A DNA stretch of 64,000 nt from Macrostomum lignano (taxonomy: Eukaryota): NCBI GenBank assembly GCA_002269645.1, contig NIVC01001672.1, positions 185,071 through 249,070 on the forward strand. The letters run 5' to 3'. The position numbers were made by a program, and so were the translations under genes. This document shows positions 1 to 12,279 of this stretch, in pieces. Numbering within the stretch: the first letter of the stretch is position 1; each line of letters starts with the position of its first letter. The notes below the pieces were generated by a model. That model saw only the letters and a list, made by a program, of their open reading frames with translations, searched no databases and was not told the DNA's origin.

Positions 1-685
1 AGTAACCCCACTGTCTCGTGCGTGGTCCAATCTTGCGAGTGGTAAAGTTGTTCTTTGTAGCCAAAGAGCCAAGGTGAATCTCCGATACAGTTTCCTTTGG
101 TGGGGAGGTCGTGAACGGCGTGGAGGCTTGTTTGGACACGAACTCTTTCACTTGCTTGATCTGGGCAACAAAATCTACGATTTCCTCGACCGACAGCTCC
201 TTGATCTGCATAACTTCTAGAACTTTTTGCTGTGTTGTGGGACAGTGCATGCCAGCGAATAACGCCAATTGAATCATGACCTCTTCTGGGCTTTCTGCCT
301 CTTTCAGCGAATCGAATTTGCAATGTTGGGCGGCCTTTCTTAGGCGCGAGAGGTAATCCGGAAGAGAACTCGTCGTGCTGTTGCTGGATGGTGTAGAAGC
401 GAGTTCGCTCGGCAATGGTGATGCGCTTCTTTGGTTGAAGGTAACTTTGAATGGCGGCCTCGATTGCAGAAAACTCCAATTCGTCGATCTTCTTTGGGGC
501 CACCAGAGATGTTAGCTTTTCAAGTGCTGGCAATCCGCATAGTGCCAGAAATTTATCCGCAATTTCTCTGTTGGTGCCTTCATCTTTCCATTCTTGGCTC
601 GAGCGAGCGCACGGAATGCTTTTAGCCACGTCAGGGCGCGCTCAGGTTCTGAAATTTCGATGCGTCCAAGTGCTCGCGACGCCAT
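1..685 (-). mobile_element. Ty3/gypsy-type LTR retrotransposon gag, frameshifted, running off the window start
   Basis: Minus-strand translation from ATG at 685: MASRALGRIEISEPERALTWLKAFRALARAK / WKDEGTNREIADKFLALCGLPALEKLTSLVAPKKIDELEFSAIEAAIQSYLQPKKRITIAERTRFY / DYLSRLRKAAQHCKF. This matches the retrotransposon gag pattern. It needs two single-base frameshifts (about 594 and 368). It lies in a myosin intron. Confidence 0.8.
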
Positions 686-887
686 TGTGATGCTCAGATG
701 GCAACTCTAGTGCTTGATGAATAACGAAGCTCGTATCTTGCTTTGCTTGTTTATTTGGCTTTAGGACCACAAATGATAGCGGGGCTTTTAACAAGATTAT
801 TAAGCTAGGACACATATATTAGGAAGGGATGAGAGAGGCGGCATTTGGGCGCAGCGGCCATAGACTATTGCACGAGCGTATGTCACA
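686..887 (-). mobile_element. Putative 5' LTR of the gypsy element
   Basis: On the minus strand the segment starts TGTGACA (887) and ends CACA (686). It contains TAATATAT and AATAAA and is followed by A-TGGCGTCGCG, a TGG-starting PBS-like motif overlapping the gag ATG. The partner LTR is outside the window. Confidence 0.55.
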
Positions 888-1110
888 GACACTAAGAGAC
901 AATAAGGCAAAACACTAAGAGACACTAAGACAGACACTAAGAGACAATAAGGCAGACACTAAGAGACACTGATACAGACACAAAGAGACGCTAAGAGAGA
1001 CTCTAAGACAGACGCGAAGACAGACACAAAGAAAATTACTAGGACAAACACTAAGAGAGACACTAAGAAACTAGGACATGCGCTAAGATGCGCTAAGGAC
1101 ACGCTAATAC
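888..1110. repeat. Degenerate GACACTAAGA-type low-complexity repeat
   Basis: Repeated gacactaagagac / cactaaga units next to the LTR. Confidence 0.7.
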
Positions 1111-1288
1111 GGAATTTGAAAGTCTCAAAAGCCAATATGGCCGATAAATTAGGCGCTATTAATCACAATTGAAGGTCAGGGTACATGATGTACTATCAGC
1201 ACAGATGCCGGGCGACCTTTAAATGTTTCTTTTCAGCCTACTAACAGTAGAAATAAAAGAATTTAAACCGCCACACAAATATCTGCAG

Positions 1289-1506
1289 GTTGACGACGAG
1301 CGCAAAGCGTCCGAACAGCTCCGCGGCCAACTGGACCGGATGCAGGCCGAGAAGAAAAAGTCGAAGCGTGAGCAGCAGGATCTAGAGGAGGAGCTGGCCC
1401 AGACCAAGGCCCATCGGCGGCGACTACAGCGGGAGCTCGAGGACCTCGGCGAGGCCAAGGAGGCTCTGGACAGGGAGCTGGCCGTGCTCAGAAAGCAGAA
1501 CCAGCG
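1289..1506 (+). CDS. Non-muscle myosin II heavy chain, penultimate exon (end of coiled-coil rod)
   Basis: ctgcag|GTT ... CAG CG|gtgagt. VDDERKASEQLRGQLDRMQAEKKKSKREQQDLEEELAQTKAHRRRLQRELEDLGEAKEALDRELAVLRKQNQR matches the VDDER...RRxLQRELED end-of-rod signature of non-muscle myosin II. Confidence 0.85.
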
Positions 1507-1639
1507 GTGAGTCCGGCGGGGCGTAATGTCTCTTGGTATCAGGATTTTTTGGCTGTCAGCTGCAGTCTCACAGCAAACTCTCCTTTCTCCATCTGCTTCT
1601 TCCATCTTTCTCTCCCTGTATCGTCTCTCTTCTTGCTTT

Positions 1640-2880
1640 TCCAATCTCCCTCTCCCTCTTCTCCTCTCTCCCCACCTGTCTCCACTCTACTCTCTTCCCA
1701 CTATTCCCCTCTCCTTTTTCTCCCCTCTCCTTTTTATCCCCTCTCCTTTTTCTCCCCTCTCCTTTTCTCCCCTCTCCTTTTTCTCCCCTCTCCTTTTTCT
1801 CCCCTCTCCTTTTCTCCCCTCTCCCTTTTCTCCCCTCTCCTTTTTCTCCCCTCTCCTTTTTCTCCCCTCTCCTTTTTATCCCCTCTCCTTTTTCTCCCCT
1901 CTCCTTTTCTCCCCTCTCCTTTTTCTCCCCTCTCCTTTTCTCCCCTCTCCCTTTTCTCCCCTCTCCTTTTTCTCCCCTCTCCTTTTCTCCCCTCTCCCTT
2001 TTCTCCCCTCTCCTTTTTCTCCCCTCTCCTTTTTCTCCCCTCTCCTTTTCTCCCCTCTCCTTTTTCTCCCCTCTCCTTTTTCTCCCCTCTCCTTTTCTCC
2101 CCTCTCCTTTTTCTCCCCTCTCCTTTTTCTCCCCTCTCCTTTTTCTCCCCTCTCCTCCTCTCTCCACTCTCCCCTCTCCCTTTTCTCCCCTCTCCTCCTC
2201 TCCACTCTCCCCTCTCCTTTTCTCCCCTCTCCTTTTTCTCCCCTCTCCTTTTCTCCCCTCTCCTTTTTCTCCCCTCTCCTTTTTCTCCCCTCTTCTTTTT
2301 CTCCCCTCTCCTTGTTCTCCCCTCTCCTTTTCTCCCCTCTCCTTTTTCTCCCCTCTCCTTTTTCTCCCCTCTCCTTTTTCTCCCCTCTCCTTTTCTCCCC
2401 TCTCCTTTTTCTCCCCTCTCCTTTTTCTCCCCTCTCCTTTTTCTTCCCTCTCCTTTTCTCCCCTCTCCTTTTCTCCCCTCTCCTTTTCTCCCCTCTCCTT
2501 TTTCTCCCCTCTCCTTTTCTCCCCTCTCCCTTTTCTCCCCTCTCCTTTTTCTCCCCTCTCCTTTTCTCCCCTCTCCCTTTTCTCCCCTCTCCTTTTCTCC
2601 CCTCTCCTTTTTCTCCCCTCTCCTTTTTCTCCCTCTCCTTTTTCTCCCCTCTCCTTTGTCTCCCCTCTCCTCTCTCCAATCTCCCCTTTTTTTTCTCCCA
2701 TCTCTTTTTCTCCCATCTCTTTTTCTCCCATCTCTTTTTCTCCCATCTCTTTTTCTCCCATCTCTTATTTTCTCTTCTCTTTCTTCACTCTTCCCATCCT
2801 ATTTTCTTTCTCTCCCTTCTCATCCCCTCTCACCCCCTCTCTCAGCCCTCTGTCGTATTGCACTCTCCTTTGTCCCCTCT
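1640..2880. repeat. Polypyrimidine/polypurine minisatellite (CTCCCCTCTCCTTTT-like units)
   Basis: About 1.2 kb almost entirely C/T on the + strand, inside the myosin last intron. Confidence 0.95.
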
Positions 2881-3256
2881 CCTTACTCTCTCCCCGCACT
2901 GCCCTTCATGTTTCGTATTTAACGCTACCAAATTGTCAATGTAGAATAAGTTTACAATCTTAGTCGAAGATTTAGCCAGGCACAAGCTCACTTACCCAGG
3001 CAATATTTGTGAATGCTTTGTGATTTCACAATGCGTGCTTGCCTGTACTATTTATAACTCAAATGCTTGCAATTTTCCTAAACCATACAACTACCCTAAT
3101 TATAATTGCTCATGCACACCTCTCTAATCCGCCACTGTTTTTCCCAGTCGCATTTTTGGATTGTAAGTTTGCGTACTTCACTTTAAATGTTGTAAATTGC
3201 TTTAAAGCTGACCACTACTTAGCTTTTAAATTCACATTATTTTCCCACTTACTCTG

Positions 3257-5074
3257 GTGTACGACTGCCACTCCCCAGTGTGTTTGTGTGTGTGACCGCC
3301 ACTCCCCAGTGTGATTGTGTGTGTGACCGCCACTCCCCAGTGTGATTGTGTGTGTGACCGCCACTCCCCAGTGTGATTGTGTGTGTGACCGCCACTCCCC
3401 AGTCTGTTTGTGTGTGTGACCGCCACTCCCCAGTGTGTTTCTGTGTGACCGCCACTCTTCAGTCTGTTTGTGTGTGTGACCGCCACTCCCCAGTGTGTTT
3501 GTGTGTGTGACCGCCACTCCCCAGTCTGTTTGTGTGTGTGACCACCACTCCCCAGTGTGTTTGTGTGTGTGACCGCCACTCCCCAGTGTGTTTGTGTGTG
3601 TGACCGCCACTCCCCAGTCTGTTTGTGTGTGTGACCGCCACTCCCCAGTGTGTTTGTGTGTGTGACCGCCACTCCCCAGTCTGTTTGTGTGTGTGACCGC
3701 CACTTCCCAGTGTGATTGTGTGTGTGACCGCCACTCCCCAGTCTGTTTGTGTGTGTAACCGCCACTCCCCAGTGTGTTTGTGTGTGTGACCGCCACTCCC
3801 CAGTCTGTTTGTGTGTGTGACCGCCACTCCCCAGTGTGTTTGTGTGTGTGACCGCCACTCCCCAGTCTGTTTGTGTGTGTGACCGCCACTCCCCAGTGTG
3901 TTTCTGTGTGACCGCCACTCTTCAGTCTGTTTGTGTGTGTGACCGCCACTCCCCAGTGTGTTTGTGTGTGTGACCGCCACTCCCCAGTCTGTTTGTGTGT
4001 GTGACCACCACTCCCCAGTGTGTTTGTGTGTGTGACCGCCACTCCCCAGTCTGTTTGTGTGTGTGACCGCCACTCCCCAGTGTGTTTGTGTGTGTGACCG
4101 CCACTCCCCAGTCTGTTTGTGTGTGTGACCGCCACTTCCCAGTGTGATTGTGTGTGTGACCGCCACTCCCCAGTCTGTTTGTGTGTGTGACCGCCACTCC
4201 CCAGTGTGTTTGTGTGTGTGACCGCCACTCCCCAGTCTGTTTGTGTGTGTGACCGCCACTCCCCAGTGTGTTTGTGTGTGTTACCGCCACTCCCCAGTCT
4301 GTTTGTGTGTTTGACCGCCACTCCCCAGTGTGTTTCTGTGTGTGACCGCCACTCCCCAGTGTGTTTCTGTGTGTGACCGCCACTCCCCAGTGTGTTTCTG
4401 TGTGTGACCGCCACTCCCCAGTGTGTTTCTGTGTGTGACCGCCACTCCCCAGTGTGTTTCTGTGTGTGACCGCCACTCCCCAGTGTGTTTCTGTGTCTGA
4501 CCGCCACTCCCCAGTGTGTTTGTGTGTGTGACCGCCACTCCCCAGTCTGTTTGTGTGTGTGACCGCCACTCCCCAGTGTGTTTGTGTGTGTGACCGCCAC
4601 TCCCCAGTGTGTTTCTGTGTCTGACCGCCACTCCCCAGTGTGTTTGTGTGTGTGACCGCCACTCCCCAGTCTGTTTGTGTGTGTGACCGCCACTCCCCAG
4701 TGTGTTTGTGTGTGTGACCGCCACTCCCCAGTGTGTTTCTGTGTCTGACCGCCACTCCCCAGTCTGTTTGTGTGTGTGACCGCCACTCCCCAGTGTGTTT
4801 GTGTGTGTGACCGCCACTCCCCAGTCTGTTTGTGTGTGTGACCGCCACTCCCCAGTGTGTTTGTGTGTGTTACCGCCACTCCCCAGTCTGTTTGTGTGTT
4901 TGACCGCCACTCCCCAGTGTGTTTCTGTGTGTGACCGCCACTCCCCAGTGTGTTTCTGTGTGTGACCGCCACTCCCCAGTGTGTTTCTGTGTGTGACCGC
5001 CACTCCCCAGTGTGTTTCTGTGTGTGACCGCCACTCCCGAGTCTGTGTGTGTGACCGCCACTCCCGAGTGTGTT
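3257..5074. repeat. 31-bp tandem array (GACCGCCACTCCCCAGTGTGTTTGTGTGTGT)
   Basis: Directly visible, about 58 copies, intronic. Confidence 0.95.
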
Positions 5075-5632
5075 TTAATGCAGTTTGTGTACCTCATTCT
5101 GTAACTTCTGTAACTTATTGTAAATCAATAATAATTACAGTAAGCCTCGCACAAACTGACTAAGCTTATAACCTAATAGACACAGATAAATTGCAATTTT
5201 ATTGTAGCAAAGACTCACCGGCACAAGAATTATTAGTAAGGAGCTGATTCGCCGAGAGTTCTAGTGATAAGACTGTTGTGTGTGACTGCATGCTTGTGCC
5301 ATTAGATATTCATGTATTTGATGTAGTTTTTCCAGCGTCATTCTGTCAATTGAGAAGCTTTTGATAGATAGCTACTATGAGTAGTATGCTCCTTTTTAGT
5401 TGAAAGTCGAAAAGTTTTGTATTGTTGTTGGCAGTATTAAAGCTTTATACTCTTAATGCTATATGATGCATGCGGCAGTGACCCTGGCCAACTCTTGTTA
5501 AACGTGTGTGCCTTTAATTTGTTTCTACTCAGTAAGCCTCCGATTTGCTAGATTTAGAAGTGAGCAGTGTGAATTGCGTGATTTAATGTGCTCTTCCATT
5601 TTTTCATTCTCAATTTTAGTCTCACCGATGAT

Positions 5633-7060
5633 CTAGATTAGCAATACAATCCAATCTCATCCATAGACTCGTCAGTGAGAGCTAGATTAGCAATCCAACC
5701 TCATCTATAGACTCGTCAGTGAGAGCTAGATTAGCAATCCAACCTCATCTATAGACTCGTCAGTGAGAGCTAGATTAGCAATCCAACCTCATCTATAGAC
5801 TCGTCAGTGAGAGCTAGATTAGCAATCCAATCTCATCTATAGACTCGTCAGTGAGAGCTAGATTAGCAATCCAACCTCATCTATAGACTCGTCATTGAGA
5901 GCTAGACTAGCAATCCAATCTCATCCATAGACTCGTCAGTGAGAGCTAGACTAGCAATCCAACCTCATCTATATACTCGCCAGTGAGAGCTAGACTAGCA
6001 ATCCAATCTCATCTATAGACTCGTCAGTGAGAGCTAGATTAGCAATCCAACCTCATCTATAGACTCGTCAGTGAGAGCTAGATTAGCAATCCAACCTCAT
6101 CTATAGACTCGTCAGTGAGAGCTATATTAGCAATCCAATCTCATCCATAGACTCGTCAGTGAGAGCTAGACTAGCAATCCAATCTCATCCATAGACTCGT
6201 CAGTGAGAGCTAGACTAGCAATCCAACCTCATCTATATACTCGCCAGTGAGAGCTAGACTAGCAATCCAATCTCATCTATAGACTCGTCAGTGAGAGCTA
6301 GATTAGCAATCCAACCTCATCTATAGACTCGTCAGTGAGAGCTAGATTAGCAATCCAACCTCATATATAGACTCGTCAGTGAGAGCTATATTAGCAATCC
6401 AATCTCATCTATAGACTCGTCAGTGAGAGCTAGATTAGCAATCCAATCTCATCCATAGACTCGTCAGTGAGAGCTAGACTAGCAATCCAACCTCATCTAT
6501 AGACTCGTCAGTGAGAGCTAGACTAGCAATCCAACCTCATCTATAGACTCGTCAGTGAGAGCTAGATTAGCAATCCAATCTCATCCATAGACTCGTCAGT
6601 GAGAGCTAGATTTGCAATCCAATCTCATCTATAGACTCGTCAGTGAGAGCTAGATTAGCAATCCAACCTCATCTATAGACTCGTCAGTGAGAGCTAGACT
6701 AGCAATCCAATCTCATCCATAGACTCGTCAGTGAGAGCTAGACTAGCAATCCAACCTCATCTATAGACTCGTCAGTGAGAGCTAGATTAGCAATCCAACC
6801 TCATATATAGACTCGTCAGTGAGAGCTAGATTAGCAATCCAATCTCATCTATAGACTCGTCAGTGAGAGCTAGATTAGCAATCCAACCTCATATATAGAC
6901 TCGTCAGTGAGAGCTAGACTAGCAATCCAATCTCATCTATAGACTCGTCAGTGAGAGCTAGACTAGCAATCCAATCTCATCCATAGACTCGTCAGTGAGA
7001 GCTAGATTAGCAATCCAATCTCATCCATAGACTCGTCAGTGAGAGCTAGACTAGCAATCC
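5633..7060. repeat. 44-bp tandem array (GAGAGCTAGATTAGCAATCCAACCTCATCTATAGACTCGTCAGT)
   Basis: Directly visible, about 32 copies, ends about 100 bp before the myosin terminal exon. Confidence 0.95.
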
Positions 7061-7157
7061 ATTTAATTCCAATATTCCTGTTTCCAGTTGCCTGTTGAAT
7101 AACTAAATAAATATCGCTGCTCACACCCGCTAGTCACTACTCGCCACTGTCTCGCAG

Positions 7158-7347
7158 GGATCGGCCGACCAAATCTAAGCGCCAGGGGCCGCATCAGGCG
7201 CGCAGCGATTTAGGCAGCGATTTTGTCGACTTAACACCGGACGACCAATCTCTGGCTGACAATGGCGAGGACCTGCTGAGGTCAATTAGTCCCAGACCGG
7301 GCAGCCAGAGCAGCCACAGTCATGAGCCCAGCGTGGCCAATGAGTAA
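7158..7347 (+). CDS. Non-muscle myosin II terminal exon (non-helical tailpiece)
   Basis: ctcgcag|G GAT CGG; phase matches the CG| donor at 1506. Reads (R)DRPTKSKRQGPHQARSDLGSDFVDLTPDDQSLADNGEDLLRSISPRPGSQSSHSHEPSVANE*. An ATTAAA follows at about 7389. Confidence 0.75.
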
Positions 7348-8477
7348 CTCTGTCTATTTGCTCCCCTGGGTGTCTGTTCTTTTTTTACAATTAAATAGAC
7401 CTTTTTTGCTTGCACTGCTTTTCATATGTTTGCAGTTCTCTTATTATAAGTTAATTATTTATATTATGTATTAATAATCAGGGTCAAGGGCTCAATATCA
7501 AGCAATATTACTCCAGCATCGCTGCATTATTGGAGCTAGCTTATTGGGTCTTCCAGCGAATATATTGTTCTTGTGGCATGAGTAGCTTATTGACATTTTC
7601 TCCGGCTAACTTTACTATGCAACAGAGGTCTTCCTTTCTCTTATGATGGTTGTTGCATTGTTTTACTGTCATTTTTTATTGTTTTTGCTGCAATTACGAT
7701 TGCGTTCTTTTTCTGTTTGCTTTCATTTTTCCCAGTATTTTTCCTTTTTCTTTTTATGATTTATGATTAAATTATAGTATTAGTATTAAAAGTGCAATTG
7801 ACCACTTATTAAAATGTGCGCGCATTTTATCGTGGCTATTTCTAATCTTGTCAAGAGAAAAAAAGTTTTTATGTCGCTTGCCCGAAAAAGTCCTCATTTT
7901 CCCTGCTTCTCTACTTGCAGTAAGTAGTTCAGTTTAGTCAACGCTTTTTATTAAGCTATATTAAATCACTGGAAAAAACTGCTTTTTAAAGCAAGTTAGC
8001 TTCAGTTTTAGTCCGCACTTTTATTTTGTTTTGTTCCTTTTTGTTCCGACTTTAACCGTGACGCTTCTCCGCCTGTACTATTGCTGTGGTAGTCTGCTTC
8101 TCCCTACTTTTTGCTGACAGCGCTAACATTGATAAAGTCATATTGGTTATTCTGTCTACAGAACTTGCGATATCTTAAAGCGAGTCTGCCGACCCGGCCT
8201 CAAACTGTTGCATTAAATAGCTGCCTTGTTAGCCACATCTGTCTGTTTGTCCGTCTGTCTGTCTGTCTGTCTGTCTCACGGATACTAGACTAACTAGATA
8301 TGTAATTCGCAATTTAAGTTGTTAAAAAGTAGATCGTCTACTCTTTATTCAGTAGTTTGTCTGCGCAGTGTCACTTAAATTTAATGTGGCAGCTACAATT
8401 TCCTTTCTTTTGCAGCAGCATATCGGGTTAAGAATGAACAGCAAATATTTAATTGGATGTACACAAGTGTCTAGGGC

Positions 8478-8706
8478 GCAGGCCCAATCTATGCAATAGC
8501 TCTACAATAAGAGAGCAATAAGGAGAGAGGTCGAAGTTGGACGAACGAAACTCTGCCTTAGGGGGGGGGCAGGCCCAATAATTGTTCAGCCAATGAGAGA
8601 GCAGTAAGGAGAGAGGTTAAAAGTTGGACGGACGAAACTCAGCCTTAAGGGGGCAGGCCCAATAATGGTGCAGCCAATGAGAGAGCAGTAAGGTGAGAGG
8701 TCAAAG
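8478..8706. repeat. About 85-90-bp direct repeat, 2.5 copies, with AGCCAATGAG in two copies
   Basis: gcaggcccaat at 8478, 8569 and 8653; shared gagagcagtaaggagagagg and aagttggacg..cgaaactc.gcctta. Confidence 0.8.
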
Positions 8707-9404
8707 TCAGTTTATCGGCCTGGCCGGAGACTGGAGCGACCCCCCTCTTTTCTCTCTTACTCCGCTATGTAGACTTAGGTTTATCAAGTTTTCCTGCAAT
8801 CTTTAGTCTTAAATTAATTTGTTTTTAAGTAATTTCGAGTCTGAGACAATCAGGAGTCGGTGAAGCATGATGAAGATGCAAATTTAATGGGTCTGCTTGT
8901 AAGGCGATGGTTGCAACTTCAAAAACATAAAATGCAAAAAACGCTAATTTTGCTACTAAAAAGAGTAGACAAGCGAGCGCATTTTTTCGAGTGACATATC
9001 TAGTCATTCTAGTGTCTACGAGCGTAAATGTCTGTCTGTCTCCGCTATTTTCTACCTTTGAATTGTGTTTGCTTGAGTTGTTTTTTACTGTTAACTGATA
9101 TTGACCGATATATAATACTATAATTATTATTGTCAAATACAAGTGTATACTATATTATAAATTATATACTTTCACTTATCATTGTTTCAATTCAATTCGC
9201 CCTATAGAACAAATACTATTAAAAAGTTATTTTCTTGAATAATTACAGTTCTTTTTTCTGCTTTAGTAACTAACCTACTCGCTACACTACTGATGCTGGT
9301 AGACTACTCTGTATATAGTCAATTGGTGCATACGGATCTGAGTGTTCTAATTCCTTCCTTAGGGTTGTCGGTTTCTGTCGGCATCACCCACTGCACCAGC
9401 CCGT

Positions 9405-10500
9405 TTTTCAGTCACCCACTGCCCGATTCTTCAGTCACCCACTGGCCCAGGCCGATTCTTCAGTCACCCACTGGCCCAGGCCGATTCTTCAGTCACCCAC
9501 TGGCCCAGGCCGATTCTTCAGTCACCCACTGGCCCAGGCCGATTCTTCAGTCACCCACTGGCCCAGGCCGATTCTTCAGTCACCCACTGGCCCAGGCCGA
9601 TTCTTCAGTCACCCACTGGCCCAGGCCGATTCTTCAGTCACCCACTGGCCCAGGCCGATTCTTCAGTCACCCACTGGCCCAGGCCGATTCTTCAGTCACC
9701 CACTGGCCCAGGCCGATTCTTCAGTCACCCACTGGCCCAGGCCGATTCTTCAGTCACCCACTGGCCCAGGCCGATTCTTCAGTCACCCACTGGCCCAGGC
9801 CGATTCTTCAGTCACCCACTGGCCCAGGCCGATTCTTCAGTCACCCACTGCCCGATTCTTCAGTCACCCACTGGCCCAGGCCGATTCTTCAGTCACCCAC
9901 TGGCCCAGGCCGATTCTTCAGTCACCCACTGCCCGATTCTTCAGTCACCCACTGGCCCAGGCCGATTCTTCAGTCACCCACTGGCCCAGGCCGATTCTTC
10001 AGTCACCCACTGGCCCAGGCCGATTCTTCAGTCACCCACTGCCCGATTCTTCAGTCACCCACTGGCCCAGGCCGATTCTTCAGTCACCCACTGCCCGATT
10101 CTTCAGTCATCCACTGGCCCAGGCCGATTCTTCAGTCACCCACTGCCCGATTCTTCAGTCATCCACTGGCCCAGGCCGATTCTTCAGTCACCCACTGGCC
10201 CAGGCCGATTCTTCAGTCACCCACTGGCCCAGGCCGATTCTTCAGTCACCCACTGGCCCAGGCCGATTCTTCAGTCACCCACTGGCCCAGGCCGATTCTT
10301 CAGTCATCCACTGGCCCAGGCCGATTCTTCAGTCACCCACTGGCCCAGGCCGATTCTTCAGTCACCCACTGGCCCAGGCCGATTATTCAGTCACGCACTG
10401 CCCGATTCTTCAGTCACCCACTGCCCGATTCTTCAGTCACCCACTGCCCGATTCTTCAGTCACCCACTGCCCGATTCTTCAGTCACCCACTGCACGATTC
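9405..10500. repeat. 29-bp tandem array (CCCACTGGCCCAGGCCGATTCTTCAGTCA) with 23-bp deletion variants
   Basis: Directly visible; the same unit reappears at 11806-11853. Confidence 0.95.
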
Positions 10501-10514
10501 TTCTTCTTCTGGCT

Positions 10515-11802
10515 GTCCTGGCTCAGATCAGGCGCGCCGTGGGCACCACCTGAGGGCTCACCCCCAGGAAGCTGTGGTGGATTTACACTGCCATCATCCG
10601 CCCCTCGATCAGTTACGCCAGCCTCGTGTGGGCCAGCGGCCTGAGCGTCAAGAGCAACCTCGACGCTCTCTACAAAACCCAGGGCAGAGCCTGCCGCATG
10701 ACTATGGGCGCTCCACCCTCTACTCCTTTTGAAGGCATGAATGCCTTCCTCTGTGCCCCTCCTCTGGATATTTATATCAAAGGAGAGGCGGCGAAGAGCA
10801 CCCGGCGTCTTCTGGATGCTGGGGTGGCCTTCAAAAAAGTGCGGGCCTTTAAGAAGCGGTCGCTTATCCCGCACTCTGACCTCTGCCTCAAGGCTCTCGA
10901 GGAGTGTGGCGGGCTTAACATCCTCATGGACTCAATCCCAGCCACCCTTCTCCTGAGCCAAAGGTATAAGGTCACTATTCAGCCTCGACACGAGGCGAGC
11001 GACAGCTGGAGCGATTCTGAAGTCCACTGTTACACTGACGGCTCTATGAGGCATGGTCTTTCAGGCTTCGGAGCTTGCGTCTTCTTCAAGGGAGAAGTGG
11101 TGTGGAGCTACTCCCAGCACACTGGGCCCCAACTCCAGTGTTTTTCAGAGCGAGGTGCTTGCCATCAGCTCCTGCGCGGCAGAGCTGCGCCGAAGGCAGC
11201 TCAGCGGTCGGAAATTTATTTTTCACTCTGACAGCCAAGCAGCCCTTCGGGCCCTCTGCCGCAGCACCGCCAGCTCCAGGTCCGTCCTGGACTGCAACAC
11301 CCAGCTCAACGGGCTTGCGCTAGGCAACCAGGTGGAGCTCAGATGGATCCCGGGCCACGCCGGCTTCCTCGGCAACAAGCGCGCTGACCTGCTGGCCAAG
11401 GCTGGCTCCGCCGGCGCGCTGCTGGGGCCAGGCCCGGGAGCCCCCATCCCCGCCTCGGTGATCAACTCCCGCGTTAAGCGCTGGACTGACTCCGAGCATC
11501 TCCGCAGGTGGCACGACACCCAGCCAGGCTCACTCACCTCGGGCCAAACCCGGTTCTCCCCGACGTTTGCAGGCCCGAGAGCATCCCGCTGCTCGCCCGG
11601 TACCTCAAGGACACGGGACGAGCTGATCTCTTCCCCACCGCCGGTGAGGAGGACCGCGCTGCAGGCGAGACCGACGGGTCCCCCTGAGCGCCATCACTTC
11701 GATGGAAGTCTTTGGTCGCCAGGGGCTAGCGGAATGGGCGGTCTCCTCCGCCTCCTCGCTGCATCCGCCGGACGCCCCCTGCAGCTAAGTCAAGTAAGTC
11801 AA
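10515..11802 (+). mobile_element. 5'-truncated non-LTR retrotransposon (R1/LOA-like): RT C-terminus plus RNase H, decayed
   Basis: GLTPRKLWWIYTAIIRPSISYASLVW...QGRACRMTMGAPPSTP, then RNase H motifs YTDGS, SVFQSEVLAI, HSDSQAAL, WIPGHAGFLGNKRADLLAK. One stop and a frameshift near 11130. Ends in a TAAGTCAAGTAAGTCAA tandem tail. Confidence 0.9.
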
Positions 11803-11854
11803 AGCCCCGATTCTTCAGTCACCCACTGCCCCAGGCCGATTCTTCAGTCACCCC

Positions 11855-12050
11855 GAAGAATGGCACCGCCGATCAAATCCGGGGCGTTGGCGCCGGTCAG
11901 CGGCAGTCGACGAAACACCGAGTGCACGACTGTCCTCGCAGTTAATGTGGCTGCAGGGTCAGGTAGTGACACCTCTTGCACCAGCTGCGGGCAGTACGAC
12001 TCGGCGCGGATGATGCGGTTTGCCAGCTGGAGTTACTGTCGATGCAAACA
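11855..12050 (-). mobile_element. Probable RTE-like LINE 3' fragment
   Basis: Minus translation RQ*LQLANRIIRAESYCPQLVQEVSL...GANAPDLIGGAILR resembles the post-RT C-terminus of RTE-type ORFs. Recognised from memory, not aligned. Confidence 0.45.
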
Positions 12051-12279
12051 TGTAGTGATCAGCCTTGGTGCAAGGCAAAATGAAGACTGCGAATGAGATA
12101 GGGCTGTAAAAATTCAGGTATTACGAGCCCCATAAAAAGTGCAAACCGACCAAGCTTGAGCTTATTGTACTTCAACCGCCGGGTACGAACATCAGGGTTG
12201 ACAATCATCTTCTCCGACCCATTCCACTGGTCCTTCCTTTTCACTCATCTACGGTCTGGCTCGCCAACGAGATCGCTAA

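Noticed and set aside
1507-2963. Long S/P/L/F-rich and G/E/K/R-rich ORFs in several frames
   Set aside because: Stop-free by composition (C/T-only repeat); lies inside the myosin intron.
3215-5097. 585-aa and other H/T/G/W repeat ORFs on the minus strand
   Set aside because: Translation of a 31-bp satellite, open in all three frames, with no protein-level conservation signal, unlike the 159-bp repeat.
3257-7060. Regular repeats that might suggest CRISPR arrays
   Set aside because: No unique spacers, no cas genes, and eukaryotic intronic context; the same applies to all other arrays in the window.
9293-10732. 479-aa ORF
   Set aside because: 29-bp satellite read-through into an out-of-frame LINE segment.
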